The notes below the pieces were generated by a model that saw only the letters and a list, made by a program, of their open reading frames with translations, was not told where the DNA came from and did not search any database. Shown piece after piece: positions 1-10,485 of a DNA stretch of 64,000 nucleotides. Position 1 is the stretch's first letter; each line of letters starts with the position of its first letter. This stretch comes from an uncultured Spirochaetota bacterium (lineage in GTDB: Bacteria > Spirochaetota > Brevinematia > Brevinematales > JAOACQ01): the NCBI GenBank assembly GCA_963835575.1, contig CAWIGG010000002.1:704001-768000 (forward strand). The letters are read 5' to 3'. The translations under genes and the position numbers were made by a program.

Positions 1-2
1 CT

Positions 3-3000
3 AACGCTTCGTCATTTATCCCGGCAAAAAATGCTGATACTATAATTGTTACCGCGCTTGTTTCCAATCTTAATTCTCTTCCGACAAATGGTGTATGGGA
101 TTTTTATGCGGACAACGGCTCTGTTTTAAATAATTTTCCCAACCCGGATATTACTTATTTTGAACTGACTGATGTCACTATCGGAAGTTCCGGATTATAC
201 GGCACTGAAAGGCCTACAGTCAGCCAGAATGGGGACACATTGACAACAGTCATCACAAACACATTTGATTATGTCATTCAAAACGGGAGTACTTTTAATG
301 GAGAACCGGTCAGTAAAGCCAGAATAGAAATACCCTGGCCGTATACTGCGGTGATCCAGACTATGAATATCGGAGGACAGAGCGCCAACCTCTCGACAAA
401 TGGCGGTTATATATGGCTGAATTACGTTGGGCCGAATTATCTCTCAAGCGGTAATAATACAGCAATTGAAATTAAAACGGTCAAACCTCTTATTTCAGAA
501 GCCACGAATGTTTTATGGAATTGCGATGTCTATTATTTGGATAATTCCAGCAATACGGCTGTCAGTAATGTGAGGGGCGATCCAAGACAGATGATTGTAT
601 TGCCTAACGCATATTTTTACAGCTATGTCTCGCCTAATGATGTGGGAAAAGATGAAATAGGAGTTTTATATACCTTTACTATTACAAATTACGGGGAGAT
701 CGGAAATAACCTGTATAAGATAAAAATAGTGCCGCCGACAACAAATTCAAATAATTTTTTAGTAATGACCAATATTGATAGTATTACATCAGTATTAGCG
801 GGGACAAATACCATATATTCCAATGACGGCTGCGTTTATATCGATTATGGAGCGAATAATACGAATATTGTTTCTAAAGCCATCGATACTGTCAGTTTAA
901 GAGCTTATGACAATCAGGATTCAATCGGTTTTAAGGGCCAATGGGCAGTCTATACGGCTAATGGAAAAACAATGAATCCAACAATTGCGACGGCTGATCC
1001 GGAAACCGGCATTGGAAAAAGCCTCTCTTATAATGTGATTATGCCTGATTATGATTCGACATATTATGTCATTCCCAATAGTGTTTCGACAGTTAGTACA
1101 TCAAATACTATCAAAGTCGTCATTGAAAATGCGGGTAAAGGAACAAACAATATTAACAATGTGAGAATCTATTTACAATATCCTTTCCTGACGAATAATA
1201 TCGCCGTATCAAGTTCAAACGGCGCCGCTTACAGCATGTCTTCCGAGGGAGGGACAAATTATGTTGATCTGCAGTATCCTCCGAATACTTTTGTTACAAA
1301 TAAAGCGGATATTATTACACTCAATATCCAGGATGAAATGAATTACGGCGACACCAATATACTTGTTGATGTAAAAACCCGTTATAATACTTCAGTATTA
1401 ACATATATTCCTTCAAGGATACAATCAGGATTTACGAACCTGATCAGTTTTTTAATGCCTCCGCCTGTTGTCAGCGCAAACTTTGTGTCCGATAGTGTTT
1501 ATACAGTTCAAAGAGATTCAAAGCTGAGGTTCAGGATTATCAATAACGGCCTGGGAAGTAATGAATTAAGGAATATCAGTTTAACTGTTAATAGTTCATT
1601 TACAAACGGTTTAACTATTGCCAGGATTTCTGATAATCTGGCCACAAATATCATTTATGACAGCGCATCCGGTACATATGAAATGAACTACAGCAATTTT
1701 GTTATATTAATGACAAATGATATTGTGCTTGAGGTGACAAATACTAATACGCAGAAAATAAAGAATTTTAATTTTGATATGAGTTTCAATAATGGAATAC
1801 GCAATACAAATTTGTCGCTTTATTTGAATGTTGATACTCCCCCTACCGCATCTCTCTTAACAAAAGAAGTTTATGCGCCAAACTACAGCAATGATGTAAA
1901 GATGAATTTCTTTAATTACAGCAGCGGAAGTTCTTCTATATATTATCTCAGAATAACTCCGCCCAATGTCTTTACAAATCTGCTGAACCCGACAAGCGCA
2001 AAAGGAACAGTTGTGAGTAATCTGGGAACAAATATTGTGATTTACTATGCCTCCGGTCTTGCTAAAACGGATAACGATACAATTGAAATGTGGGCGGTAG
2101 ACAGCAACGATATGGTAGAAACCAGCAATGTTCCCTGGAAGCTGGAAGCTGATAATACCGGAGGCTATTCGGCTGTGGCTGAAGATCAGAGTAATTCTCT
2201 GGAAATGTCTCTTATTATACCTCAACCCAGTGTATCGAATATTGTTTATACTAAATGGTATGTGATCAATACCGGAAGTACAGAGTTAACAAATAGTTTT
2301 ATTCTGATGTTCAGCAATATCGGCGAGGGGGCTAATTCAATATTTTCTAATATTGTGGTGCTTCCCAGCCAGCTATCCACTGTTTTAGCATCAACGTTGA
2401 CTAATACAAAAACAGGTTCCAGGATTAATTTCAGCGGGAATAGTATAATTGTTGAGTATACAAATAGTTCGGGTTTATTCCCGGGAGAATGTGATACAAT
2501 TACGTTTATGTTTACTAATACAGTTACTTCTTCTAAAGATCTCTATCTATCCACGCAGAGTTACAACGGCAGTTCCAAAGGGGACACAGAAGAGACATTT
2601 ATTGTCAGTTTTATTTCGCCGCAGGAACCGACGGAAGGATATGTTGACGGACAAATGTCGATTTACAGCATAGATAATAACGCCGTTATTAAATATCATA
2701 TCAACAACGGCATGTATGACCACGGCATCAGGGCAGTGAGACTTTCATTTGATAACACACAACTTTTTGTGACAAATATTTACTCAACGGTTTTAAATCA
2801 AAACTTAAGCTATAACCTGACACCGTCAAATATTATTATCCATTATAATACCCTGCTTCCTCCCAAACCTACAACCGGTTCATCCGGCAGTAATGAAATC
2901 CTTCTGATTGCGGTTAATTATACAAATAATCACAATTGGACAAATTATATGAATGCCGACGTTTTATATGACGGGGCTTATGATTACGCGCCGGCGCAGG

Positions 3001-4106
3001 TAAAGCCCGGTGAAAATAATTTCCTTCCTGTAATGATAGCGGACTTCGGCAGGGTGACCGGTATTGTTCTTCCCGGGAATTCCAATCCGACCATAAAACT
3101 GTATAATCACAACAGCGCCGTAACCGCGACGAATAAATTAGGGAATCAGATTACAGCAGGCGGCAATTCTACTACCGGCCAGTATACGCTTGATAATATA
3201 CCGGCAGGCACCTATGACATAGGTTTTATAGGGAATCTGTATAAAGAAGATAAAATATCCGGTGTGCAGGTCCTAAATAATGTTATTACCAATATAAGCT
3301 TATTCAAGCTCAGAAGAGACATATTTAACCGTGATTCTACAACTGTTCAGACAACAGTTTCATTGGATGATACAAATTGTATTGTTACAATTCCAGCGGG
3401 GACATTGGGCGATAATTTTTCAATTGATATCTGGATTACAAATGTCAGTGTTGTGAGTGGAATGAGGGAAAAGCTCACAAGCGGCGGCTCAATCAAGTCT
3501 CCTTCCTATCCTGATAATGTTAAAGTATACAATCTTGATATCAGGGGAGTTGACGAGGACAAGAGATATGAACAGGAATTGAAAAACGATGTCATTATTT
3601 CCCTGCATTATAATGACATCGATATAAGCTCACAAGGCTGGAAAGAAGGTACATTGGCTATTTATTACTGGAGGAGTATGACCAAAGAATGGATCAGGAT
3701 CGGAGGCGCAGTGGATACCACCAGAAACATGGTAACGATCAAAGCAAGCTATCTGCATCAGTATTACGCGATAGTTGATGAGAATCCGGGAAGCACGAAA
3801 GTTAAAGGTATTGTCAGCGTAAAGACCGATCCGAAAATATTTACTCCGGGCGTGAATAACAGAACATTTAAAAATATTAAAATATCCATCGGCTTTGAAG
3901 ACGCTCATGATACTTACCAGGTTAAAATTTATGATCTGAGGGGAAATCTTATCAGATCGTTTGTCCGGAGCGGTGAATACAAGCAGGGAGAAATTTACTG
4001 GGACGGCACAGATGAAGATGGATATAATCTGAAGACTGGGGTATATATTTATAAAATTATCGCGGGAACAATTGTTTACAGCGGTACTATAGTGATTGTC
4101 AGGTAA
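3..4106 (+). CDS. Very large exported beta-rich protein with C-terminal FlgD-Ig / T9SS-CTD-like domain (5' end outside window)
   Basis: Frame is open from base 3, upstream of the track start at 240; N/T/S-rich beta repeats; C-terminus 'PKIFTPG...VKIYDLRGNLIR...WDGTDEDG...TGVYIYKI...GTIVIVR'. Confidence 0.8.
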   Translation, partial: NASSFIPAKNADTIIVTALVSNLNSLPTNGVWDFYADNGSVLNNFPNPDITYFELTDVTIGSSGLYGTERPTVSQNGDTLTTVITNTFDYVIQNGSTFNGEPVSKARIEIPWPYTAVIQTMNIGGQSANLSTNGGYIWLNYVGPNYLSSGNNTAIEIKTVKPLISEATNVLWNCDVYYLDNSSNTAVSNVRGDPRQMIVLPNAYFYSYVSPNDVGKDEIGVLYTFTITNYGEIGNNLYKIKIVPPTTNSNNFLVMTNIDSITSVLAGTNTIYSNDGCVYIDYGANNTNIVSKAIDTVSLRAYDNQDSIGFKGQWAVYTANGKTMNPTIATADPETGIGKSLSYNVIMPDYDSTYYVIPNSVSTVSTSNTIKVVIENAGKGTNNINNVRIYLQYPFLTNNIAVSSSNGAAYSMSSEGGTNYVDLQYPPNTFVTNKADIITLNIQDEMNYGDTNILVDVKTRYNTSVLTYIPSRIQSGFTNLISFLMPPPVVSANFVSDSVYTVQRDSKLRFRIINNGLGSNELRNISLTVNSSFTNGLTIARISDNLATNIIYDSASGTYEMNYSNFVILMTNDIVLEVTNTNTQKIKNFNFDMSFNNGIRNTNLSLYLNVDTPPTASLLTKEVYAPNYSNDVKMNFFNYSSGSSSIYYLRITPPNVFTNLLNPTSAKGTVVSNLGTNIVIYYASGLAKTDNDTIEMWAVDSNDMVETSNVPWKLEADNTGGYSAVAEDQSNSLEMSLIIPQPSVSNIVYTKWYVINTGSTELTNSFILMFSNIGEGANSIFSNIVVLPSQLSTVLASTLTNTKTGSRINFSGNSIIVEYTNSSGLFPGECDTITFMFTNTVTSSKDLYLSTQSYNGSSKGDTEETFIVSFISPQEPTEGYVDGQMSIYSIDNNAVIKYHINNGMYDHGIRAVRLSFDNTQLFVTNIYSTVLNQNLSYNLTPSNIIIHYNTLLPPKPTTGSSGSNEILLIAVNYTNNHNWTNYMNADVLYDGAYDYAPAQVKPGENNFLPVMIADFGRVTGIVLPGNSNPTIKLYNHNSAVTATNKLGNQITAGGNSTTGQYTLDNIPAGTYDIGFIGNLYKEDKISGVQVLNNVITNISLFKLRRDIFNRDSTTVQTTVSLDDTNCIVTIPAGTLGDNFSIDIWITNVSVVSGMREKLTSGGSIKSPSYPDNVKVYNLDIRGVDEDKRYEQELKNDVIISLHYNDIDISSQGWKEGTLAIYYWRSMTKEWIRIGGAVDTTRNMVTIKASYLHQYYAIVDENPGSTKVKGIVSVKTDPKIFTPGVNNRTFKNIKISIGFEDAHDTYQVKIYDLRGNLIRSFVRSGEYKQGEIYWDGTDEDGYNLKTGVYIYKIIAGTIVYSGTIVIVR

Positions 4107-4120
4107 AGGAGGAACGGGGT

Positions 4121-5383
4121 ATGTTAAAAAGATATTTAATTATTATTTTATTTATTCTATCTATATCATCAGCTTACTGTGCTTATGAAGACGGGGAAAG
4201 AAATGCGCGGAGCCGGGCAATGGGCGACGCTATTTTTGCCGATTTTGACGGTGTGAACACCATGAATTATAATCCGGCTACCATAGCGCTTGTTCGAAGC
4301 ATACAAACTTACGGGGCCTGGGATACGCCCTATACAGGCTTGAATGACGATACAGGTATCAATACAATTCACTTTGATCTTGTCGTTCCATTCTGGAATA
4401 GTTTTACAATCGGCCCCGATCCCTTCCTGACAAAAAGGGCGGCTTTAGGAATCAGCGTAAAGAGACTTTCAGTAAGCGGCATAGATTCTGACGGCGCTAA
4501 TGTGGAGTTTTATCATGAGGCGGAATACAGTTTAATTTATGCTAAAGATTTGAACGATGCCCTATCAAAAGGAGCGAAAATATCTGTCGGAGTAAAATTT
4601 AATTTGTTTGATATCGGCATTGGAAATACAGTGGATGTTCAAAATAACGAGAATATTGTTCAGCTCTCCAGGCTTTCATTCGGTATGGACGCGGGTTTGA
4701 CTTATGATTTCAGCGAGACTATTCATATCGGCCTGGCTTATAATAATTTAGTGCAGCCTAATATTTCAATAATGCCCGATGGGACAGATGTCCTTCCCAG
4801 CGAATTAAGATTAGGGGCCAACTGGGATATCGGAGATTTTTTATTTTTCAAAAAGGCCAAATTGGGTTTCGGTATAATCAGTTACGGAAGAGATCCGAAT
4901 GATAACCGTCAGGCAGATATGTCCTGGAACCTTGGCTATGAATTCAGGCAGCTGACAGCCAGCGAGATAATTAAAGGGAGTACATTTAAAGGTGAAATGC
5001 TGGCTTTCCGCTTTGGTATGATTTATCTGCAGAAAAAGACAGGAGATGACATTGATTTGTATATAGTTAAACTTACAGGAGATCTTGTTATGACAGGCGG
5101 TCTTGGTTTTACTTATGAATTTAATGAGGCGCATCAGGTAAGTGTTGATTATTGTATTGATTATGGTTTGAACAATGGAGCATTGAGACAAACCGTTGGT
5201 TTGAGTTACCGTTATTTATTCCCGAACAGCGCTTTTGCTTATAAAGAAGAAGAAAGAAAAGAGTTGGAGTTTGAAGAGTTGATGCAAAAGCGCCAGACTG
5301 CTGTCACCAATCAATCTCAAAATAATCAATATAATCTGCCTGTAACTCAGGAGACAAATAAAACAAAAACAAAAGTCAAATAG
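4121..5383 (+). CDS. Outer-membrane beta-barrel, PorV/PorQ/FadL-like family
   Basis: RBS AGGAGG, signal peptide, 'ARSRAMGDA...YNPA' motif, alternating beta-strands. Confidence 0.7.
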   Translation: MLKRYLIIILFILSISSAYCAYEDGERNARSRAMGDAIFADFDGVNTMNYNPATIALVRSIQTYGAWDTPYTGLNDDTGINTIHFDLVVPFWNSFTIGPDPFLTKRAALGISVKRLSVSGIDSDGANVEFYHEAEYSLIYAKDLNDALSKGAKISVGVKFNLFDIGIGNTVDVQNNENIVQLSRLSFGMDAGLTYDFSETIHIGLAYNNLVQPNISIMPDGTDVLPSELRLGANWDIGDFLFFKKAKLGFGIISYGRDPNDNRQADMSWNLGYEFRQLTASEIIKGSTFKGEMLAFRFGMIYLQKKTGDDIDLYIVKLTGDLVMTGGLGFTYEFNEAHQVSVDYCIDYGLNNGALRQTVGLSYRYLFPNSAFAYKEEERKELEFEELMQKRQTAVTNQSQNNQYNLPVTQETNKTKTKVK

Positions 5384-5402
5384 ATCATTTTAAGTAAAAA
5401 AT

Positions 5403-5438
5403 AGAGGCTGTCTTTAGATAATTGGACAGCCTCTTTTT
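5403..5438 (+). terminator. Intrinsic terminator
   Basis: AGAGGCTGTC...GACAGCCTCT hairpin followed by T-run. Confidence 0.7.
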
Positions 5439-5501
5439 ATTAGAAAAATTATTCATTAAGGTGTATAATAAAACCGGCATCAAGCATGGAGGGCTATCTT
5501 C

Positions 5502-7772
5502 ATGGAAATAAACGAAGAGCTGAACCAGATTATCCTTGCCGGATATAATGAAGCCAAGACCAGAAAGCATGAGTTTTATACGCCCGAGCATCTTCTCTAC
5601 GCTTCATTATTTTTTGAAAGCGGTATTGATATTCTTTACCATTGCGGCGGCAATATTGAAAATCTTAAACAAAATCTTGATTCTTATTTTAAAAAATATC
5701 AGGAAGTCATGAATGAAGAGGTTGAACTGCTTGAATCAATGGGACTTCAGAATGTGCTGACCAGAGCCATATATTCAACGTCCGACCCGAGGAAAGAAGA
5801 AATAACCATTGGAGATATTTATGCCGCGCTGATGGATGAAAAAGAATCATTTGCCTCATATTTTATCGGGAAGGAAGGAATTACAAAACTCGACCTGCTG
5901 AATTATATTTCCCATGGCATTTCTGTGATTCCAGGGGATAATTTATCTCAATTGCCTCCTATGGAGATTGAAGATGAAAGTATGGAGGAAAAAGGAAACC
6001 GTCTTGAATCTAAGAACAATATTTTGAGTTATTTTACCTCGGAATTGGTGCAGATGGCTAAGGCGCATGAATTTGAACCTTTAATCGGCAGGGAAGATAT
6101 ACTGGAAAGAACAATTCAGGTTCTTTGCAGACGTTTTAAGAATAATCCGATCCACGTGGGCGAACCCGGCGTAGGTAAAACAGCTATTACACAGGGTCTG
6201 GCATTAATGATTGCCCAGGAAAAGGTACCGCCTGTTTTAACTGGCGCGAAAATATATTCTCTTGATATGGGCGCCCTTCTTGCCGGTACCCGTTACCGGG
6301 GTGATTTTGAGGAAAGGCTTAAAAAGATCCTGAATGAACTGCTCAAAATGGATAAGGTAATCCTGTTTATTGATGAAATACACACTATTGTGGGGGCAGG
6401 GGCGGTTTCAGGCGGGGCTCTGGACGCCTCCAATATACTAAAACCGGCTCTTATGTCGGGAAAAATGAGATGCATCGGAACTACGACATACGAGGAATAT
6501 AAGAAATTTTTTGAAAAAGACAGGGCATTGTCCCGCCGTTTTCAAAAGATTGAAGTGGATGAACCCTCGGTGGATGAAACTTACAAAATTCTTCAGGGCC
6601 TGAAAAAGAATTATGAAGATTATCACATGGTAAAATATCAGGATGCCGCGTTAAGGGCGGCGGTTGAATTGTCTAATAAATATATTAATGACAGGCATTT
6701 GCCGGATAAAGCCATTGATGTGCTTGATGAATCCGGGGCCTTACTCAGAATGAAGAAAGGACCGGCCGATAAAAAAAGGATTGTTGTTAATGCATCTGAT
6801 ATAGAAAAAATCGTGGCTAAAATGGCGCGTATTCCGGAAAAATCGATTTCTCTCAATGAAATGGCAAATTTAAAAAGTCTGGAGCAGGAATTAAAGAAAA
6901 GGATTTTCGGGCAGAATGAGGCAATTAAAATGATCGCCGAAGCGATTAAAAGGTCAAGGGCCGGGTTCCATGATGAGATAAGGCCCGTTGCTTCATTCCT
7001 TTTTGTCGGGCCGACCGGAGTAGGTAAAACCGAATTGGTAAAACAGCTGGCGCAGGTACTCGGCATTCCGCTTATCCGTTTTGATATGAGTGAATATCAG
7101 GAAAAGCATACTGTGGCAAGGCTGATCGGGGCTCCTCCCGGATATGTCGGTTATGAGGAGGGCGGTCTATTAACAGAAGAGATCAGAAAAAAGCCTTATT
7201 CCGTTCTGCTTCTGGATGAAGTGGAAAAAGCCCATCCGGATATCTTCAATACCCTTCTCCAGGTTATGGATTACGCCACACTGACAGATAATACAGGCAA
7301 AAAGGCGGATTTCAGAAATGTCATACTGATAATGACATCAAACGCCGGGGCCAGAAACCTTGAACAGACGGATATAGGATTCAGCGGCATGAATGATAAT
7401 AAAAAATCGGTCGCAAAAGCTATTGAAATACTTTTTTCACCGGAATTCCGCAATAGACTGGACGCTATAGTCCAGTTCAATGCCCTGGAAAAAGAAATAG
7501 TTCTCAGCGTTGTTAAAAAGCAGCTGAAGGAATTTCAGGCCCAGCTGAGGATTAAGAAGATTAAACTGACTGTTTCTGATAAGTGCCTGGAATATCTCGC
7601 CGATAAAGCCTATTCAAAGATTTACGGGGCCCGTGAAGTATCGCGCTGGATACAGGAAAAAATAAAAAAATACTTCGTCGATGAGGTCCTTTTCGGCAGA
7701 TTGACACATGGCGGTTCTGTTTACGCTGACATTATAGATGATAATATAGTGATTAAACCTGTTGAGAAATAA
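5502..7772 (+). CDS. clpA: ATP-dependent Clp protease ATP-binding subunit ClpA
   Basis: Clp N-domain (HEFYTPEHLL), two AAA+ modules (GEPGVGKT, GPTGVGKT), DMSEYQEKHTVARLIGAPPGYVG, 756 aa without ClpB middle domain. Confidence 0.93.
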   Translation: MEINEELNQIILAGYNEAKTRKHEFYTPEHLLYASLFFESGIDILYHCGGNIENLKQNLDSYFKKYQEVMNEEVELLESMGLQNVLTRAIYSTSDPRKEEITIGDIYAALMDEKESFASYFIGKEGITKLDLLNYISHGISVIPGDNLSQLPPMEIEDESMEEKGNRLESKNNILSYFTSELVQMAKAHEFEPLIGREDILERTIQVLCRRFKNNPIHVGEPGVGKTAITQGLALMIAQEKVPPVLTGAKIYSLDMGALLAGTRYRGDFEERLKKILNELLKMDKVILFIDEIHTIVGAGAVSGGALDASNILKPALMSGKMRCIGTTTYEEYKKFFEKDRALSRRFQKIEVDEPSVDETYKILQGLKKNYEDYHMVKYQDAALRAAVELSNKYINDRHLPDKAIDVLDESGALLRMKKGPADKKRIVVNASDIEKIVAKMARIPEKSISLNEMANLKSLEQELKKRIFGQNEAIKMIAEAIKRSRAGFHDEIRPVASFLFVGPTGVGKTELVKQLAQVLGIPLIRFDMSEYQEKHTVARLIGAPPGYVGYEEGGLLTEEIRKKPYSVLLLDEVEKAHPDIFNTLLQVMDYATLTDNTGKKADFRNVILIMTSNAGARNLEQTDIGFSGMNDNKKSVAKAIEILFSPEFRNRLDAIVQFNALEKEIVLSVVKKQLKEFQAQLRIKKIKLTVSDKCLEYLADKAYSKIYGAREVSRWIQEKIKKYFVDEVLFGRLTHGGSVYADIIDDNIVIKPVEK

Positions 7773-7774
7773 GC

Positions 7775-7830
7775 TTATGGCAGTTCTAAAAACTCACATT
7801 TGCCGACATTGTTTTTTGAACCATCCTTAA
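7775..7830. repeat. Short imperfect inverted-repeat element (GGCAGTTCTAAAAAC family)
   Basis: ttatggcagttctaaaaac ... gttttttgaaccatccttaa; related arms at 22914-23040 and 37277. Confidence 0.45.
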
Positions 7831-8154
7831 TTAAACAACCGGCAGCAACTGCCGGAAAGAAAAGGACACCCTCCACGGTTTTCTTTAGTCGCGCGTCTTT
7901 TTAAGACCTATGGGTATTCTTCAGGCATATTATTCATAGAAGCTTGCTTGAATTGATGCCTTTCTCATGTCGCCCTCCCTGGCTTTATTCGAAAGGCAGC
8001 CGCAATCCATTGCGGCAAACACCCCACTTCTTTTATACATTCCTCAGAATACCGCTGACTCATTACTCAATCTTAAATAACTATTCTAAAGACTTGCAGG
8101 GAAAAACCGTAGAGGGTTGCTACGCTTTCTATACGGCTCTTTTACAATTAATAA

Positions 8155-9550
8155 GAGTTATAATAGAAAGTTGTGTATAGGAATAAATATTATAAAAAAG
8201 ATGGCGTACCCTCTATAATTTATTTACGACAATAAACAAAAGGAGGAATACGCCATATGCCGAAGCACAACGAAGATTTTAAGCTCTTAGAGGCTTTTAA
8301 TCAAGATGAAACAGTAGAATTTTTATGTCTTGAAGAATTGGCAAGGATCGGGGCCAGGGAAATAATCAAGAAGGCTCTGGAAGATGAAATTAATGGGTTT
8401 CTTCAGGAGAGAGAGCATTTAACTATCGAAGACGGGAGAAAGGCAATAGTAAGAAATGGGTATCATAAAGCCCGTCAGATTCTCATTGGTGGAGGGGCTA
8501 TTGATGTATGTATTCCGAGAACAAGGAACCGACTCGGAGGCGACAATTTTCAAAGCCTAATAGTACCGCCGTATATGAGAAAAAGCCTGAGAATTGAGGA
8601 AGCCATTCCATTGTTGTATCTCTATGGAGTCTCAGAGATGGATATGGAGAATGCCTTGAGAGGATTGCTTGGTGAAGAAGCGAAAGGATTATCAGCCTCA
8701 AGTATAAGCAGAATGAAACAAGGATGGGGTAAAGAATATGATGAGTGGCGGACATCCGATTTAAGCGATAAAAAGTATTGCTATATATGGGTTGACGGCA
8801 TTTACTTCAATGTACAGGGCAGCGAAGACCGTTTATGCACTCTTGTAATGATCGGAGCCAATGAGAATGGTGAAAAGGAGATTATTCTTGTTGAAGAAGG
8901 TTACAGAGAGAATTCCGAGACTTGGTTAGGGATATTAAGAAACCTAAAAGAAAAAGGTTTGAAAGGTCCTATTCTTTTTATCGGAGACGGAAGCCTTGGA
9001 TTCTGGAAAGCAGCCAAAGAAGTATATCCTGAATCCAGATGGCAGAGATGCTGGGTTCATAAGATAAAGAACATTCTAAACAAGCTGCCCAAAGTATTAC
9101 AGTCAAAGGCAAAAGAGATGCTTCATGAGATATGCAATGCTCCTGATAAGGATAATGCTATCAAAGCTTTTGAATTATTCCAGGCGGTTTTTAATCCTAA
9201 ATATCCAGCAGCTGTCGAATGTTTAGAAAAGGATTGGGAGCTTATGATCGAATTTTATAACTGTCCGGCGGAACATTGGGTACATATCCGTACGACAAAC
9301 GTAATAGAATCTACCTTCTCTACAGTTCGATTAAGAACTAAAAAGATGAGAGGCTGCGGAACCAGGGAAACGATTCTAATAATGGTCTATAAATTACTGG
9401 ATAAGGCATCCAGGCGATGGAGAAAATTAAGAGGTTATGAAAAGATTAGCCTTGTATTGGAAGGCGCTGTTTTTGAGAACGGAGAGCTTGTAAAAAAGGC
9501 AGCATAAAAAAATGAGAGGGTATGTCATACACAACATTTGACAAAAACTC
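8155..9550 (+). mobile_element. IS256-family insertion sequence, copy 1 (1396 bp)
   Basis: Imperfect terminal IRs GAGTTATAATAGAAAGTTGTGTAT / ATACACAACATTTGACAAAAACTC; flanked by direct repeat TTAATAA(G). Confidence 0.93.
8257..9507 (+). CDS. IS256-family (mutator) transposase
   Basis: RNGY, WVDGIY, IGDG..GFW.A, QRCWVH, RTTN.IES motifs. Confidence 0.95.
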   Translation: MPKHNEDFKLLEAFNQDETVEFLCLEELARIGAREIIKKALEDEINGFLQEREHLTIEDGRKAIVRNGYHKARQILIGGGAIDVCIPRTRNRLGGDNFQSLIVPPYMRKSLRIEEAIPLLYLYGVSEMDMENALRGLLGEEAKGLSASSISRMKQGWGKEYDEWRTSDLSDKKYCYIWVDGIYFNVQGSEDRLCTLVMIGANENGEKEIILVEEGYRENSETWLGILRNLKEKGLKGPILFIGDGSLGFWKAAKEVYPESRWQRCWVHKIKNILNKLPKVLQSKAKEMLHEICNAPDKDNAIKAFELFQAVFNPKYPAAVECLEKDWELMIEFYNCPAEHWVHIRTTNVIESTFSTVRLRTKKMRGCGTRETILIMVYKLLDKASRRWRKLRGYEKISLVLEGAVFENGELVKKAA

Positions 9551-9582
9551 TTAATAAGGTTCTTTTTGGTAATAGTATTCTT

Positions 9583-10200
9583 TTATGGAAAAATGGCCTT
9601 TTTTCCTTCATCGGTCAGCGTAAACCTTCCATTCTTCCGGCTGCTGTTAAACCTGACCCATCCCAGTTCCTTGAGGATTTTCATATCCCGGTTCACCGAA
9701 TTGCGCGACGCGCCGGTGATCTCCCTCATTTCGGCGGCGGAAAGCGACTTTTTTTCAGAAATGGAAAGGAGAATTCGAGCCAGCCGGACTGGAATGCTGG
9801 GCTGGCCGAAGTAGATTTTCAATCCGGCCGTCGAGCGTGTGATGATTTCAACTAATTGTTCGGATGATGCAGCACCATCGCCGGGGTTTGTAGACCCAGA
9901 GCCTGTGTTTGCAGCACCAATTTTGTTTGATGTAGACTCAATTATCTCAGATGTAGCACCAGAATTCTCTGATGTAGACCCATTTTTCCCGGATGTAGCA
10001 CCATCGTTGAAGCTTGTAGACTCAAAATTGTCCTTTGTAGAACCAATTATCTGCTTCATAGACTCAAAATCGGAGTATAAAGACTCAAATTCCTCCGTGA
10101 GGGTGGTGCAGAGCGATTGGTGGAGAACGATCTTGTTCCTGAGGCTGGAGAGCTTCTTCTCAAAATCCCTGACCAGCGCTTCGGAATTCCGGTCCGGCAT
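9583..10200 (-). CDS. Winged-HTH protein with N-terminal coiled coil and central heptad (21-bp) repeats
   Basis: C-terminal 'LSAAEMREITGASRNSVNRDMKILKELGWV' HTH; about 11 degenerate heptads; upstream TTGCCC-N17-TACAAT promoter. Confidence 0.7.
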   Translation of the reverse strand: MPDRNSEALVRDFEKKLSSLRNKIVLHQSLCTTLTEEFESLYSDFESMKQIIGSTKDNFESTSFNDGATSGKNGSTSENSGATSEIIESTSNKIGAANTGSGSTNPGDGAASSEQLVEIITRSTAGLKIYFGQPSIPVRLARILLSISEKKSLSAAEMREITGASRNSVNRDMKILKELGWVRFNSSRKNGRFTLTDEGKKAIFP

Positions 10201-10236
10201 ATTTTTCCCCCTTTATTGAAATTCCTACCGCAGGAA

Positions 10237-10265
10237 ATTGTACTCCGGGACGGGGAAAAGGGCAA
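10237..10265 (-). promoter_or_regulatory. Sigma70-like promoter TTGCCC-N17-TACAAT
   Basis: Exact 17-bp spacing, about 35 bp upstream of the HTH gene; similar copy at 14544-14572. Confidence 0.55.
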
Positions 10266-10485
10266 AAATCCGGCTAATTTTCCTGAAGGCGGTTTGCATC
10301 CAGAATAAGGACCCCTGCGGTGCGCCGCCTGCGGAAAACTCCGCAGTAACCTTGATGTAAAAGGACACGGAGGGGAACGGTCAGGGAAAGGACCACAAAG
10401 CAAAGAAGAAAATGAGAAAAACTTCAGATTATCTATTCCGATATGTTATAATATTATAAATTTAGTCATAAGGAGGGGAATTCAC

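Noticed and set aside
5502..7772. clpS/aat partners of clpA
   Set aside because: No such ORFs flank clpA here; they may lie elsewhere in the genome, so absence is uninformative
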